A stretch of 62,671 nt of DNA, filler included, from Choristocarpus tenellus KU-1152 (taxonomy: Eukaryota > Protista > Phaeophyceae): NCBI GenBank assembly GCA_964200185.2. It is 14 parts of 14 records of this genome, joined end to end, with 100 filler letters (N's around TTAATTAATTAA, not from the genome) between each part and the next. Parts side by side here need not be neighbours in the genome. Positions count along the whole stretch, not along the records: positions 11,524 to 17,698 come from CAXNAD020008761.1; positions 17,799 to 24,368 come from CAXNAD020007849.1; positions 24,469 to 31,209 come from CAXNAD020007457.1; 11 more parts are not named here. One strand, given 5' to 3'. A program made the translations under genes and the position numbers. Position 1 is the stretch's first letter. Every line of letters starts with the position of its first letter. Shown here in pieces: positions 11,855 through 24,897 of this stretch. The notes below the pieces were generated by a model. The model was given only the letters and a program-made list of their open reading frames with translations, was not told the origin of the DNA and ran no database searches.

Positions 11855-12124
11855 ATCCCTACGCATTTAAGAGGGTAGGGCCAGGTCCGTTCAGGATCAT
11901 AAATCCACTGTTGCAGTTTTGATGGATTTGGGGTACTGCGTTTGATAGCAAGTGTCAATATCCTTGCTCCAGATACACCTTTCATAGTCGTATGCATTTA
12001 AGGCTTAGGGTTAGTGTTCACACAGAAACCCCCCCCCCAAAAAAGGGCATAAAGAACCCGTGGGAAGTCGAGCCCCAAATGGACAAACAAGGCAAAACTT
12101 GTACCCTCTTAAATGCTTGGAGTC
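11855..12124 (-). mobile_element. Old degenerate MITE family A copy
   Basis: Matches A body (gtgtcaatatccttg, aaatggacaaacaaggcaaaacttgtaccctct); TIRs eroded. Confidence 0.75.
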
Positions 12125-12147
12125 TGCAACAGTTTGAGGGGAGAACC

Positions 12148-15100
12148 TCAGTTGTAATGGCTCACATGCCCTGCCTCACCTACAACAATGGCAGAATGAT
12201 GGAGGTAAGGACTGTCCTCTGACATGGTATCAGCTGATGTGCAGGTCCAGGTGAATACAGGGTCACCAACTTTGATGCACTCATCTCTGGACCCAGTGAC
12301 TCTCATGTGTTCATCACTGGACCTTACAAAGAACCGTTCTTGCTTCTTCTGCAAACCTGTTGCAGATCCTCTCTTTCCACCCTTTGCCTCTTTGCATCTG
12401 CCTGCTACAAGCTTCACCTGTGGGGTCAATTTATGCTGTTTAGCAGTGGTTTAGGGCTCTATTTATTTGCTGGCGAATGTCTTACAGAAACTGCTACTGA
12501 AGTGAAGTGGAGACTAAAGAAACTGGCATAAAACGCACGCCTATGCACTACATAACGCCATATTCATGAAAAACAGTATTAGTTGTAATAGCTGGGCAGC
12601 TTGACAGGAACATTCTAATAGAAGCACTGACGAAGGCACAAGCATACCCATATAAGACAACTACGCAATATTGAAGGGTAGGAGGCTGGCTGAGGCCTGC
12701 AACACTTAGGAGTAAACAGAGCTCATCTAACACATTTCAAACTAGCACCTCTGCTTTCTTGTCGAGAGGGCTCCTAGCCAGCCACAAAGCTGGCCACAGC
12801 ACATCCCTGACCATTCCCTTCCCCGTCTCAGGGTCCCTCAGAGTCAATCTGAGCACTCGTTGATCAGCTCGGGCGCCAACCACTGTATCTTCTGATGCAG
12901 CAGCAATAGCTGCCTCTTCCTCCTCAGCCTTTGTGGCACACCTGAAGTTTGTCATCAGCGATGGCACCCCCTGATGGTACACTTCGCCTCTTTTAACAAA
13001 CCTGACCACAGTCATGCCTTCATCCTCATAATGTTCTACAACAACGGCTCCCCTAAACGCTGTCGCTCGCCCATCGCAAGCACTACCGTCTTCACGCACC
13101 CCCACAACACTTCCGGGGGGGAGGAGGTGAGGGGGTCTGTCACCAAATGAAAGGTGAAACTCTGTCCTCTCCATGTGGCTGTGGAATTTGACAGGGGACA
13201 GGAGGGAGTGTTTTACTACCTCTATGGCAGCATCCCTCAAGGTTCCTTCCACGTGCCTCACTACCTCCACCAGCTTGACCCACTCTCCTTTCTCCTTGCC
13301 AAGAGGTCCATTGCACACTCTCACCCCGTATCTGCAAGCAGGACACGTAACCTCCACTTCCCCACCTCCCTTTAGTTTCTCAATATCTTTGAGCGGCATG
13401 GAGCCCTTGTTACTAGTGATGCAGTCAATACACAGAGAGCGAGAGCACTGGTCGCAGGAAACAACCTCCCCTACCCATTCAGGCCCTCTCTGCCGTCTCC
13501 CCTTGCACAAGAAGCAATGATTGGATGTTGAGCCTCTCCTGTAGCATCTCAACCAATCAGCACACTCTTCCTTCTCAAGGAGATCTGTCTCAGGGATAAA
13601 TGAGTATAAGATAGAGAGATGGCCATTCAAAGCTGATAGGAAGTCATTCAACACTGACAGGTGCTCGTTCAACTCAGCCTCAACAAGTCCGCCAACACTC
13701 TTCCAATCCAAGAGTGGAGGCAGTACCTTAGCCCATGCCACAGCATAATGGTGAGGAAAATTGCATTTAGGTATTGCACACCTCATTGGCAATGTCCCAC
13801 TCTGTTCCAAGTGGAATGGTCCGTCCACCACATTTTGCACATGAAGATGGAGTGGTTTGGAACTGCCTTGTGAAGTAAACCTTGCCGTCTGTGAATTACT
13901 CCTGTATGGCCACAACCAGACTGATCTGCTGCTTTTGCCCTTGAGGCTGCTGCTAATGTTACCAGTGCAACTTTTGCGGTCATTTGTAACAGAAATATCA
14001 GTATGTACAGAAGGGGGAGGCGGCAGAGAGAGGAGTCTTATGAATAGGTCCAATACGGAATAGGACAATCAGGAGCCCCCAAACGTACGTACTATGCAAT
14101 GAGCAGATCAAATTCGTGGATTCAATCAATCAGCAAACACCAATTTCTCAATTCTGAAAGCATCTTCTCCTAGAGAGGACACTTCTGTGTGAGTGTTCAA
14201 GTCTGCTTTCTCCCCAAGAGACCGGGGCAGCATTGACTCTCCAGGACAGGATTTGGTTTGGCTATGTTGGGGAAACCCTACCACATACACTTCTTCATCG
14301 TTCACCTTTCTTTGCTCAGGTCAATTACTTCTTCGCGCATCCTATTTTCTGCTTTAAGTTCTGTAACCTCGTCATCTCCGCAGTGATCATCTCCATCCTT
14401 TTCGTCCTGATCTCCCCCGCTGCATTCCATTTAAATAGGGACAAAAAGAGGTTCACTAGGCACAGGAATTGTTTTGGAATGTATTTGATCCTTGAACCCC
14501 TTCCGTGACTTAGCACATCTTCTAGATCTATCCAGCACCAAATGCCACAAAGCAAAACGACGGACCTGATATTGCTTTCGGGACTGGACTCCCAATCCGT
14601 CTCAGTATCACTGTTGGTGGTCAGGTCAACAAAAGCCAGGGATCGATGACCCACCCCAGTCTGCAAATAGCAGGGGAATGCCGAGTTGGAATAATAGTGT
14701 TGTGGTTTGTGAGTATTACTTGTTGGCACGGTTTGTTACCACGTACATGAATGCGGTACAAGAACAGCTACTCATTGAGCACGTACGGGGTCATACACAC
14801 TTATTTTTCAGAGGTGATATGAATCAGAAATGGCGCACCCGCATGGCACAATTATCACCTCGAGTTACAGGAGTAATATGGCTGTGTCGTGGTATCTTCC
14901 AAGGATGTATGGATGGGATCGCAAGAGTCATCCTGATGCCCAGGAGCATTTGCCTGCATATGTTTATGGGATTCACAACGGACATTCGCGTTTTCGAAGC
15001 AGAAGTACATTTACGAAGGAGAAAAGGTAGTCAGTACATTCCCACACAGTGCTCACCTGGATATGCTCGAATTCTCCTCTCTCTTGCTGTAACCGCAGCA

Positions 15101-15235
15101 CATCCGTTGCGAGGGTCCTTGACGAGCAGAAGCAGAGCCAGCGGTCTTTCTGCCTGGTCGCTTCCTTTATCTCACCACAACTACCAGTAGATCCCTCGGC
15201 TCCTCTAGTTGCTAACTTCCTCTTTCGACAGACTT
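12148..15235 (-). CDS. Partial multi-exon gene for a chromatin-associated protein with an ADD/PHD-type zinc finger (large exon within ORF 12737-14068)
   Basis: 443-aa ORF with CFLC..CDQC....CIDCITSNKG..CPAC (ATRX/DNMT3 ADD-like spacing); candidate flanking exons near 14660-14568, 14420-14265 and 12417-12150 are less certain. Confidence 0.65.
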
Positions 15236-15574
15236 GACTGAGGGTTTGCATTTGAAGTTCAGGAGGTGGAGTGGGACATGTTCGAAGGTGGTGTATTTTG
15301 TATTTGTGTGTTTTGATATCTTGTTTCTATTTTCCATTGTACCACTACTACATTTATTATTACACAAATAATCGGATGAGTAGGTATTCCAATGTCTCAT
15401 TGTTAACCACCTTCTATGAACACCTTGTAAATTATCACTTAACACCCTTTCTCCTCCAAACTTCACTTTTGGAAAATCAGGTATCCATCAACCAATTTCT
15501 GATACAAGTACTAGAAATCGTACATCCATCTTGACGATCTGTTTTTAGATCTTAATTATTATCCTTATTATTGA

Positions 15575-17698
15575 CTATATTATTATCCCCTCTGACATTT
15601 TGTAGTGAGGGGAAAAACCAATGAAAACTATTCACATGTCAGTAAAACCCCTAAAAAAGTAGTAGTTGTAGTAAATGTGAAAGACATTGATCTATTAACT
15701 ATTTTACTACCAGCTATGCTACACCGCTGCCTTCCTCTGCCTCTAACCTCGCTTAGTCCGGTACCCTAGGGAAGCATCCCAAGAATCTAAAACAAGCCCC
15801 TCCTTGCCCATCTCCCTGGTGTCTCCAGCTTAAAACGCATGACACATCTAGGTAGGACTACTTGCATTGTGACCGAGAATATCTGTCGTAGGCGGGAATT
15901 GACAGTCCCTTTTCTGCTGTAGCCTCCTGTCCCTCTCCCCAATGTCTATGTGTTCCAAACTGGAGACACCAGGCAGATGGGCAGGGGGAGAGGCCTGTGA
16001 GATTCTTGAGATACTTCCCTAGCTCCTCGCCCAGTTGTGTAGGGTTAAGGTAGGTTGGAGGCATAGCACCAATATACACATAACAATGTAATTTCCAAGC
16101 CTTCAGGTTGTGTTTGTAGTACAATAGCTGATACTAAAATAATAGTAAACAGATTTTAGAGAGATATCTTTCACATTTACAACTACTGTTACTTTTACAG
16201 GGGTCCTTGTGATATTGGTGTGGCTTTTTCCCTGACACATCTGCAAAATTTCATAGGGAATAATAATGTATATGTATACAAACACCTTTTGAACAACACT
16301 ACTACTCAATACTACTACTCAGTCAGAAAGCAATCTGAATGAGCTGGCTACGCGCGTGGTAGGAGGGAGAGGGGTGGTAGGGTACACCAGGAAAGGAGCG
16401 GTTGAATCCCGTCTACGACGGTTAGTATCTGTCACAACACAAGTGCCTATTTTAAGATGTGTCATGCGTTTTAAGCTGGAGACACCAGGGAGATTGGCAA
16501 GGAGGGGCCTGCGAGATTTTTGGGATACTCCCCTAGCTCCTCACCCTGTGGTGTAGGGCTAAGCTAGGTTGGAGGCATAGCAGGGGAGTGGTGTATCATA
16601 GCTGGTAGTCAAATAGTTGATTTAGAGATATATCTTTCACATTTACGACAACTGTTACTTTTACAGGTGTCAGGGACAGGTCGCCTTTTTTGGGATCTCC
16701 TGACACTGATGAGAATAATACGCACGGTCATACACACTTGCGCGCGTCACCTTTTGTCATTGAGGCCAGGGCTAGCAATGTGGTGTGGGTCAGACGCACC
16801 AAAGGCTTGCAATAACCCCGACAAGAACAATGGATTCACACCAGCAAAGCCCGAGATTGTGTTTTATGTTCTGACTGGTCACAACCAATCACATGGAGAT
16901 TGATCCACATGGTACTCTGAGGCTGTCAACATACACCCAGTATGCCTCAGTCTCATCTCTCACTTCCTTTCTGAACCTCATCTCTGGTGGTTCTCATCAC
17001 CTCCCATCATATGAAAGTAGGGACTGTCTTAACACAGGGGTTCTTATGGTATTGATTGGGCTTTTGCCTTGACACATCTGGAAAATGTCGAAGTTATAAT
17101 AATAGGCTACACACATGGTGGGGAGGGAGAGGAACTGGAGGCTATGTCAGGAAAGGGGCGGTCAAATCCTGCCTACCCCAAATAGTCTCAGTAACAACGC
17201 AAGTGGCACTGTCTAGACATGTCATGCATTTTAAGCTGGAGTCACCAGGGAGACGGGCAAGGAGGGGTTCGTTGTATTCTTGGGATGCCCCCCTAGCTCC
17301 TCACCCTGGGGTGCAGGAATAGGTAGATTGGAGGCACAAGAAGGCAGTGGTACAACATAGTGAAATAACAAATATATTAGTGTTTTTCATATTTGTGAAA
17401 TATTTTACTTCTTTGGGGTTTAAAGTGACATATGAATAGTTTTCCATGATTTTCCCCCAGACACATCTGCAAAATGTGAGAGGGCATAATAAAATATATG
17501 CACCAGAAATGGTGTAGCTGCTGCTGCAGCTGAGGCGTGAAAGCGCACCCACTATGAGGGCTCTTTTGATCCTCGTAGTTATAACCTCAACACCTTTGCG
17601 GTGGAAAGTTTTGGGCGCCTCAGCAAGCAAGCAGAATGTTTCCTGGATGAGCTAGCTACACACATGGTGGGGGGGGGGGAGAGGAACTGGAGGATATA
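15575..17698. mobile_element. Cluster of 5'-truncated CRE-clade non-LTR retrotransposon 3' ends (- copy ~15575-15935; + copies ~15955-16267, 16325-16670, 17060-17104, 17105-17492, 17512-17698)
   Basis: Encode REL endonuclease C-terminus AAAAEA*KRTHY..NTFAVESFGRLSKQAECFLDELATH and QIVSVTTQVALSRHVMHFKL, then a shared 3'UTR ending CCCTGACACATCTGCAAAATG..GGGCATAATAA. Confidence 0.8.
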
Positions 17699-18377
17699 NN
17701 NNNNNNNNNNNNNNNNNNNNNNNNNNNNNNNNNNNNNNNNNNTTAATTAATTAANNNNNNNNNNNNNNNNNNNNNNNNNNNNNNNNNNNNNNNNNNNNGG
17801 GCGGGGAGGGGGGATATGGATCATTGCCTCGGGGAGGGTGGCATGATAGGGGACGATCGGTGGGTGACGACAGGATCAGAGTGTAGGAGGAAGGGTCATG
17901 CTTCACACGAACAGCTTTTTCGAAAATGTGAAGGTGGGAAGAGGACAACACCATGAGTTGCTCAGTCGCTACGGATGAACACTGCCAACGGTGTATCTCA
18001 AAGTAGGTACCCCTTGCGTGTGCAGAAACAATCCACCACTTCATTGCTCCATTCATCACAGCGCGACAAAAACGAAAGGAGCGTTTTTTTTTTTTCCCCC
18101 CCCGTGTACTTGGATACAGATTTTTTTTTTTTTGTGCCGAATTCTCCTACGCAATATAAATCGTGAAATCACAACTGAAGGCGGGTCGCTCATCCCCTGA
18201 AGGTGGAGAAAAGAGATGTCAATTCATGCACCAACGAAGGGAGAGGCGAACGGTGATTGAAGGACAGGGAAGCACACCAAATTCCCTGAACAGAAACCTG
18301 TTTCCAGCACACCAACAGTGTAACTATAACTAAATCCTTGTGCTGTGGTCCTGGTGCAGCTCTGGGGCTCCACCTAC

Positions 18378-21300
18378 CTGAGCATGAACTCCACTGCCAC
18401 ACTTGCCACATAGCTCAGGTCTGTCCTGACAGCGTCCTCTCCATTGCTTCCCAACAGGCGTAGAAAAACACCTACAAAAATCTCGCTCTGTAGCAGAATC
18501 ACCTCCCCTTGAGGGCAACGAACATCACGAACACTGAGAGCCTCGACTTTTCCCCCCTCCCCCACACTGAAATTGTCATACCCAACTCCCGGGGTAGATA
18601 CATCTGCCCCTCTTCTGCCCCTCATGATGGACTCCATCACCTCGCAGAGAAGTCCCTCAGAGTGCTCTTCCTGAAGACAGTTGGGTTCCTTGCTCTCCCT
18701 ACTGCCTGTCCATGCTTGCCAAAACTGTTCATTCCAGTCATCCCCAACCCTGTCCTCGCCACCACCTTTACTCCCCACCCCGTTGCCACTGGCATGCTGA
18801 CCTCCCCTGCTAGTATTCCCCACCCCCCAACTGTTAGAGCTTCCACTATCCTCTGTGGGGAATGACACTTTCATTGTGGCTTTGGCTTTGGCAGCAGCCA
18901 CACCTCGGGCGTAGGGTTCCACTATTGAATGGAAAATTGTTGATATTTTAGGGAGGGATGGGCGTCCAGCAACCAGTCCCTGCAGTTTTTGTAGGATCAG
19001 CAACTTGGTGAGCTCAGGAGATCCATGCTTTGCTCTCCTCCCACTGCCCAACAGGGAAAAAGAAAATGGTGACAATTTCCCTACATTCTCATATGACACC
19101 ACCATCCCCAAAGGCATTGGTGCCAAAGCACATTTTTTTCCTTGTGCACCATCTGCGATCGCAGCAGATGAAGGTGTAGATCCAAGCAGCTCTTGATCCT
19201 CCAGGGAAGAACCGCTTTTTGAGGCAGTAGAAAAAGGAACATGCAACACTCCATCATCTACGCTCAGTGCTCGCTTTCCGATATGGAACCTGCTGCAGGC
19301 TGCATCTCCTGTTTTCCTCCCTCCGCCCCTAACCTCACCCCCACGTCTGCGTAAAAAGTTCATCATCCGGCCATCATCTGATACACCCCCAGCTCCTCCA
19401 ACAACAACAGAGGTGAGGTCCAAGCATAGCTCCCACACTGTACTCTCCTCTACATTCACCACCCAGCACGGAAGCAACAGCCTCCACCCGCCTCCTCCAA
19501 GGAATAACCCAGGACCTCCCCTCCTCATGCTTTGCTCCACCCTGACCTTCTTTGCTGTAACGTCATCCCCTCGCATGAGGGATAGCATTGGCAAGGGTGA
19601 AGCCATTGCTGCATCCGTTGATGCAGAGACAGATGCAGTTCCCACTGTCTTTGACCAGACGGCTTCGGATGGGTTGACAGATGGAAGTAAATCTGTCGAA
19701 GGTAGCAATGCATCATTTGCTATACCAATAGGCCGTGCAGGGGAGACAGGCTCATGCCAAGCTTGTACAAGGCCAGGTCCCAAGATTGTCCTCCCTCCAC
19801 TCCAATGTCCTCCTCGGGATGGAGGATTGACAGCACCATGAATATCGTAAGCAACACTAACCCTGCAAGACAGAACAAAAACCAGTCAGGGTAGGGTGTT
19901 GGAGGGGGGTTTGAGGGATGGAACTTCCTTGAACTTTACACTGGACTTGCTCAAACAAGTCTTACCACACCAAGTATAATAGATCCCTCCCACCTAGCCT
20001 CTGCCTTGGTGCTCATACCACTCACTCAGACTCAGGGAAGTGCAAGCACAGAAGATTGTCCACAACACTGCAGATGGGGGGGCTCCAGAAGGGCATACGC
20101 ACAGTGTGTTTGAGCTCTACCTTGGTCATGCCACGTTCCAGTAGAAGCAGGTGAGAAAGGCCAGCAATCTCATTAACACACACACAGTAGACCCTGTCAG
20201 TTAGTCAAATGACAAAGTGGTTTGAGAAAAAAGGTGGCACTGAGAAGACCACTATTGCAAGTACATTGAGCAAGTTAATTACTCACAGGGCAATCTCGGC
20301 TCCCATCATCCTACACATTCAGAGTCCAGTGAAATCTGGCTGATCTTTATGATGTGGTATTTTGGTCATAACACTTTTCTACTTTGCAGCTCACCTTCCA
20401 CCCTCAACATGCCTCAGGCTGGACCGCACAAGGGCACATCTACAGCGAGGCAGGATATACAAGAAGTGGGAGGATTGAAACCCTCACCATCCTCTCCTTA
20501 CCTTTTTCTACCAACAGGTGATAGTCAGGTGCTCTCTCCCCCACCTGCCATGGATGCAAAGGAGGCTTGCGTGTTCCTTGCCGAGAACTTCCCGACCAGC
20601 CGGCAAAATAATCTTGAAGTTGGGAACGCTTTCAGGTTTTGGCAGTGCCAGCCTCAGCCGGTCAGGAGCCTCAAAGCATAGCCAGTACCCGCGCATGTGG
20701 TTACCGCTGGCTCCTGTGCCAAGAAGCAGTAGACGTTGAACGGGTTCGTACCAAAAGTTTTGAACCGAGTCGCATATCAACGCGTGTGAGAGTTTGCACT
20801 GGTCACGTTTTGCCGAAATCTGTTTTATTCCAGAGGATGGGAGAGCAGGGGAAGGGCGTGGGAAGCGTAGTATCCGTGGGTTGTGATCACTGTTCTGTGA
20901 GATAAAGCAGGGAAGCTCTCTCGAGATGTGACAAAAATTCAAGGCCAAGAGACGGGGAGTGGGACATTTTGGAGTTGTGATGAATAAGAGGTAGTTGCCC
21001 TAACATTAATATTCCCACAATGACATGCATAAAGTGGGATCTTGGGGGTTTCGATCGACCGACCTTATGCAGCTCGAGCCCAATCCGCGTAACAAGTACC
21101 AGGTCCTGCGAGTTCCCGCCGTGTTCAGACCAAATGACGCCCCCAGAAAGGATGGAGTTTACATTTGGGTGCTTGCACTCTATGGACCAGACCTTTCTGC
21201 TTCCACTTCCAGGGACAACACCAACATCGTCAACACCGTCACGGACATCTACCACTTCCACTGTCGTAGAGTTCAGCTGCAGGGCAAGAAGCGCTCTATT

Positions 21301-21610
21301 CCCGAGAGAGAAGCGAGCCAGAAGGACCTCCCTCCCCGCACCCCCAAGATTTATCCGAGGAGAATCTTTACCACCCTCTTTCAGACTAACTGAGAGGTAG
21401 AAATTGCCGTCCCGGACTACCAGTTGCTGGCACGCTTCATCGTACCACACCTTCTAAGAAGTGAGGGGAGGGGGTTAAGAGAGAGTGCTGTCTCGAGCTA
21501 TGTCTCTTGTGATAATGAAGGGATAACAAAGAGGAATGTCTAATGATTCAAACTCTCACCTCTTTGTTACTCAAGATATCTAGTGGAATTGGCCGGCATA
21601 GATCGATCAT
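18378..21610 (-). CDS. RMC1: Regulator of MON1-CCZ1 complex (Mic1/C18orf8), 5' part; exons 21610-21560, ~21450-21064, 20819-20545, 20193-20026, 19862-18378
   Basis: Spliced translation MIDLCRPI..VWYDEACQQL..RFSLGNRALLALQ..IECKHPN..SVVDNLLCLH..SVAYDI..WELCLDL..MNFLRRR..SLPKISTIF..LQSEIF..VAVEFML follows RMC1 motifs in order; canonical splice sites. Confidence 0.88.
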
Positions 21611-21773
21611 CGGACTTGGATGTGAAGTTGGCAAGTCATGTACATTGAAAAAGGTGATAGGTCTCATAAAAAGTGTCGGAGGATTATTGGTTGAAACTGC
21701 TTTTGTTCCAACATAACCTATACACCAGAATCTCAACAACCAAGGGACTCCTCGGAGATATCTTGATGGAGAA
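21611..21773. promoter_or_regulatory. Compact bidirectional promoter/5'UTR region
   Basis: 163 bp between divergent ATGs at 21610 (-) and 21774 (+). Confidence 0.65.
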
Positions 21774-22598
21774 ATGGGACCAAAGAAGAGTGGCGATAAA
21801 AAGTCAACGAAAGCGGAGGGTGATGTTCAGGGGGAAGATCCTCTCCAGCTGCTTCAGAATTATCAGCGATTCAGCAAGTTGATTGGCATCCCAGTCAATC
21901 AAAAAATTGTGGCACAGTTACAGAGCGACGAGAATAGGCCCCTTACACAGGTGTGGTCCTTACGCCGTTGGTGAAGGCGATTGACCAGGTTATTTAGCTA
22001 CCGTCTAGATCGATAAGTTAGGTGCGGGTAGAACTCTCTTGTGCGTTGACCTAACACCCCTTAATTTTTCGCCACTTTTTCGGTATAATTCCTCCTCCCC
22101 GTCCATCTTGTCCCGTTTTTCAAACCTCGGGATATCAACTCCACGAGACGATAGACTTTCGCGAATGGAAAGGGTATTCCTCATTATATATCTCACAATT
22201 GTAGTAAGAGCTCATAGACACACACACATTTCCCTTGCCTTAGCAACACGTACGCAACAACGCTCACCAGATGACGGAATTACGTTTCCTCAACGCCATG
22301 ACCCGACAACACCCAGTTCCCTGCACCTACGACTGTTCGCCTGCACTTTGAAGATTGTCGTGGATGATGAAAGTGGCCCCTTGGGACCTGGAGGTACTCG
22401 TGCTCTAACAACGGCTATACTAGGCACTGGTCAAGACATGCGCGGAGGGCCGTATCGACTCCTGAGGAGCTTGAGACTTTGGCGGGCCTACTGTGGAGAT
22501 GATGGAGCGCGGTGCATAGCAGAGTTGTTGCGACTAGGGGGAGCCGAGGTGCAGCTGGAGTATCTTGAGCTATTTGACGACAACATTGGACCTAGAGG
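21774..22598 (+). CDS. RNI-like leucine-rich-repeat protein, first two exons (21774-21950, 22354-22598); possibly flagellar
   Basis: MGPKKSGDKK N-terminus; LRSLRLWRAYCGDDGARCIAELL..LEYLELFDDNIGPRG are LRR_RI-type repeats; GT/AG sites. Confidence 0.8.
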
Positions 22599-24310
22599 GT
22601 GAGTGAGGTTTCGATGAACGAAATATGCATCAATTATTGTCATCATACGTATTGTCGACCTGAGCAACTTTGCTAGCTGTAGTGAGTCCCACAAAAATGC
22701 GGCATCATAGTCCCGCTTAGATTACGCATCAGGAAGGATCTATGCCAGACCCTAACTCTCACCAATTTGGTTGGCATATAGGTAGTTAAACCTTTGATAC
22801 CTAGTTAAGTGTAACTTGCCAAATGCAACGTACAAAAGTACAGTCTCATCCAGTCAAGAGATGCAACATATTGTTAGGAAATTTTCATATTGAAATGCCT
22901 GCAAGTTAAAAAATGCATGCTCAAAGTCCACATCTCCACCCAACGACACCAGCATATTGCAGAAAAGAGGGCAGTGAGTGTGAGCGCTGTGAAAACATAC
23001 TTCAAGCTGCAGGTTTTCTGGCGGTTTCTTCTTGGAGACAGATGCTGTATGCGATATACTTATGTGGTAACATACACATTACTTTGTATTTGATGCTGCG
23101 TGGGCTGCTTTCATACCTACAATGATGCGGCATCATGTACTTATATTCCCCTGGTTGCCATACGAAAATGTTATCTAGAAGATGCATGGTCATGTGGCCG
23201 CTTCCAACATAGTTCTGGTTTTACTTGAAAATCAAGGAATACTAATAATTGTGTGTAAATGAGGCATTGCCCACTGCCACAGATCAAAAATCAATTGATG
23301 GCGCAAACACCAATGTTTGACCACATTTGGGGGGTTGCCAGGGTCCTCTCAAAGCTGGTTGTTTTGGTACCCGATCCCCCAGGGGAAATGCATAGAGCTG
23401 GAAAATTTACCTCTATTTTTCACTTCAAAGGCCACATTAGGTACCCCTGTCAACTTCCAAGACAGTGTAGATCCCCCCGACTTCGCTTTGGTGTATGCAT
23501 GTCTCCCTAATCTGACACAACTTAATCTTTGATATCAATATTTTACTCCCTTCTGCACCATCACTACTTGGTGGCACAAAGTCATTATTTACACTTCGTT
23601 GGCCAAAACCATGCCCCAGTAAAGATGCCACCATATACTGAATGATGGCTCTACCTGGTGGTATCGAGTTCAGGTCCATTGCCTTGGGAATGGTCAATTC
23701 TTGTGTCTTGATTTTTTGTTTGCTATGCCCTAAATTCATCATACTTGTATATATACATATCATCTGCACAGAAGATAACGCTACAGGACAACGAAGTACA
23801 TAAAAACTAACCCAGATTTCACTGGCCATGATAAGGTCCATTGTTCGTACTATGATATACTCCGGAGTAGTACCTCATATGCATACAAGGAGTATGGTTA
23901 TCGGTTGCAGCAGTGGAAGATGTACTCCGAAGAAGAACTTGCCAAGTCCCCAACACTAGATATGGGAGGGTGGAGGAGTGCTGTTCAGACTGGTTAAAAA
24001 ATAACCGTGTTGATAGGAACAGAGCATGTACATAGGAATACAAAATATATGTACATACGTACATATGTATGTATGCATGTATTATGTTTGTATGTATTAT
24101 GTATATACCGGAGTATGTATGTGCACCAAAGATTAATCACAAAATATGCCATGAACACTTGAACTTTTCCTGTCCCCAATTATATACGAAACTTGACTTT
24201 GTCTACACCCTAAACAGATGCTAAAACTACATATATAATTTTGTCAACACGTTTTTTTCATCCACCCCACCGCTCAACTTGTTTCATTCTTGAAGCTCTA
24301 ATTTCCTCAA

Positions 24311-24368
24311 GGGTCAAAGTATCTGGGGGGGGGGGGGGGTGTTGGCGTCCGTTTTTCACCCTTTTTTT
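24311..24368 (+). mobile_element. MITE family C 5' end (contig end)
   Basis: gggtcaaagtatctg(G)n tgttggcgtccgtttttcaccc. Confidence 0.85.
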
Positions 24369-24647
24369 NNNNNNNNNNNNNNNNNNNNNNNNNNNNNNNN
24401 NNNNNNNNNNNNTTAATTAATTAANNNNNNNNNNNNNNNNNNNNNNNNNNNNNNNNNNNNNNNNNNNNTTGTGTTGCTGGGGTTTTTTTTGGAGTGGTTG
24501 GTGTTGGTGGGGTGGGGTTATTGGGGGGGGGGGGGGGGGGGGGTCTATTGTTGTCTGGTTGTGATATCTATATGGTTGCATTTTTGTGTGCCCTTTGACG
24601 TTCTGTGGCTGTCTTCTTGTACAAGTAATCCTTGTGTGATTGTTCAG

Positions 24648-24897
24648 AGTCCAAGTGATGATGCTAAAGACGAGTGTACTGCCCACGCCTTGATTACTTG
24701 CTTGTACTCCCTAAGGATTGATGCTGAGTTTGGGGGGGTAAGTTAAGAACAAATAGCAGTTGCATCTGATTGGCTCATGTGACGTACCAACTATTTCTGT
24801 AGGTGAAAATGTTGCTTTTGGTACTATCCCGACTCCAAAATATAACCCTTAGTCTTGGAACTGGATCTTTCCTTGATTATGGGGAGGCGCCCTTCAG
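24648..24897 (+). CDS. Two putative exons of an unknown protein
   Basis: cag|SPSDDAKDECTAHALITCLYSLRIDAEFGG|gtaagt and tag|VKMLLLVLSRLQNITLSLGTGSFLDYGEAPF|gt in compatible phase; no recognised family. Confidence 0.35.
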
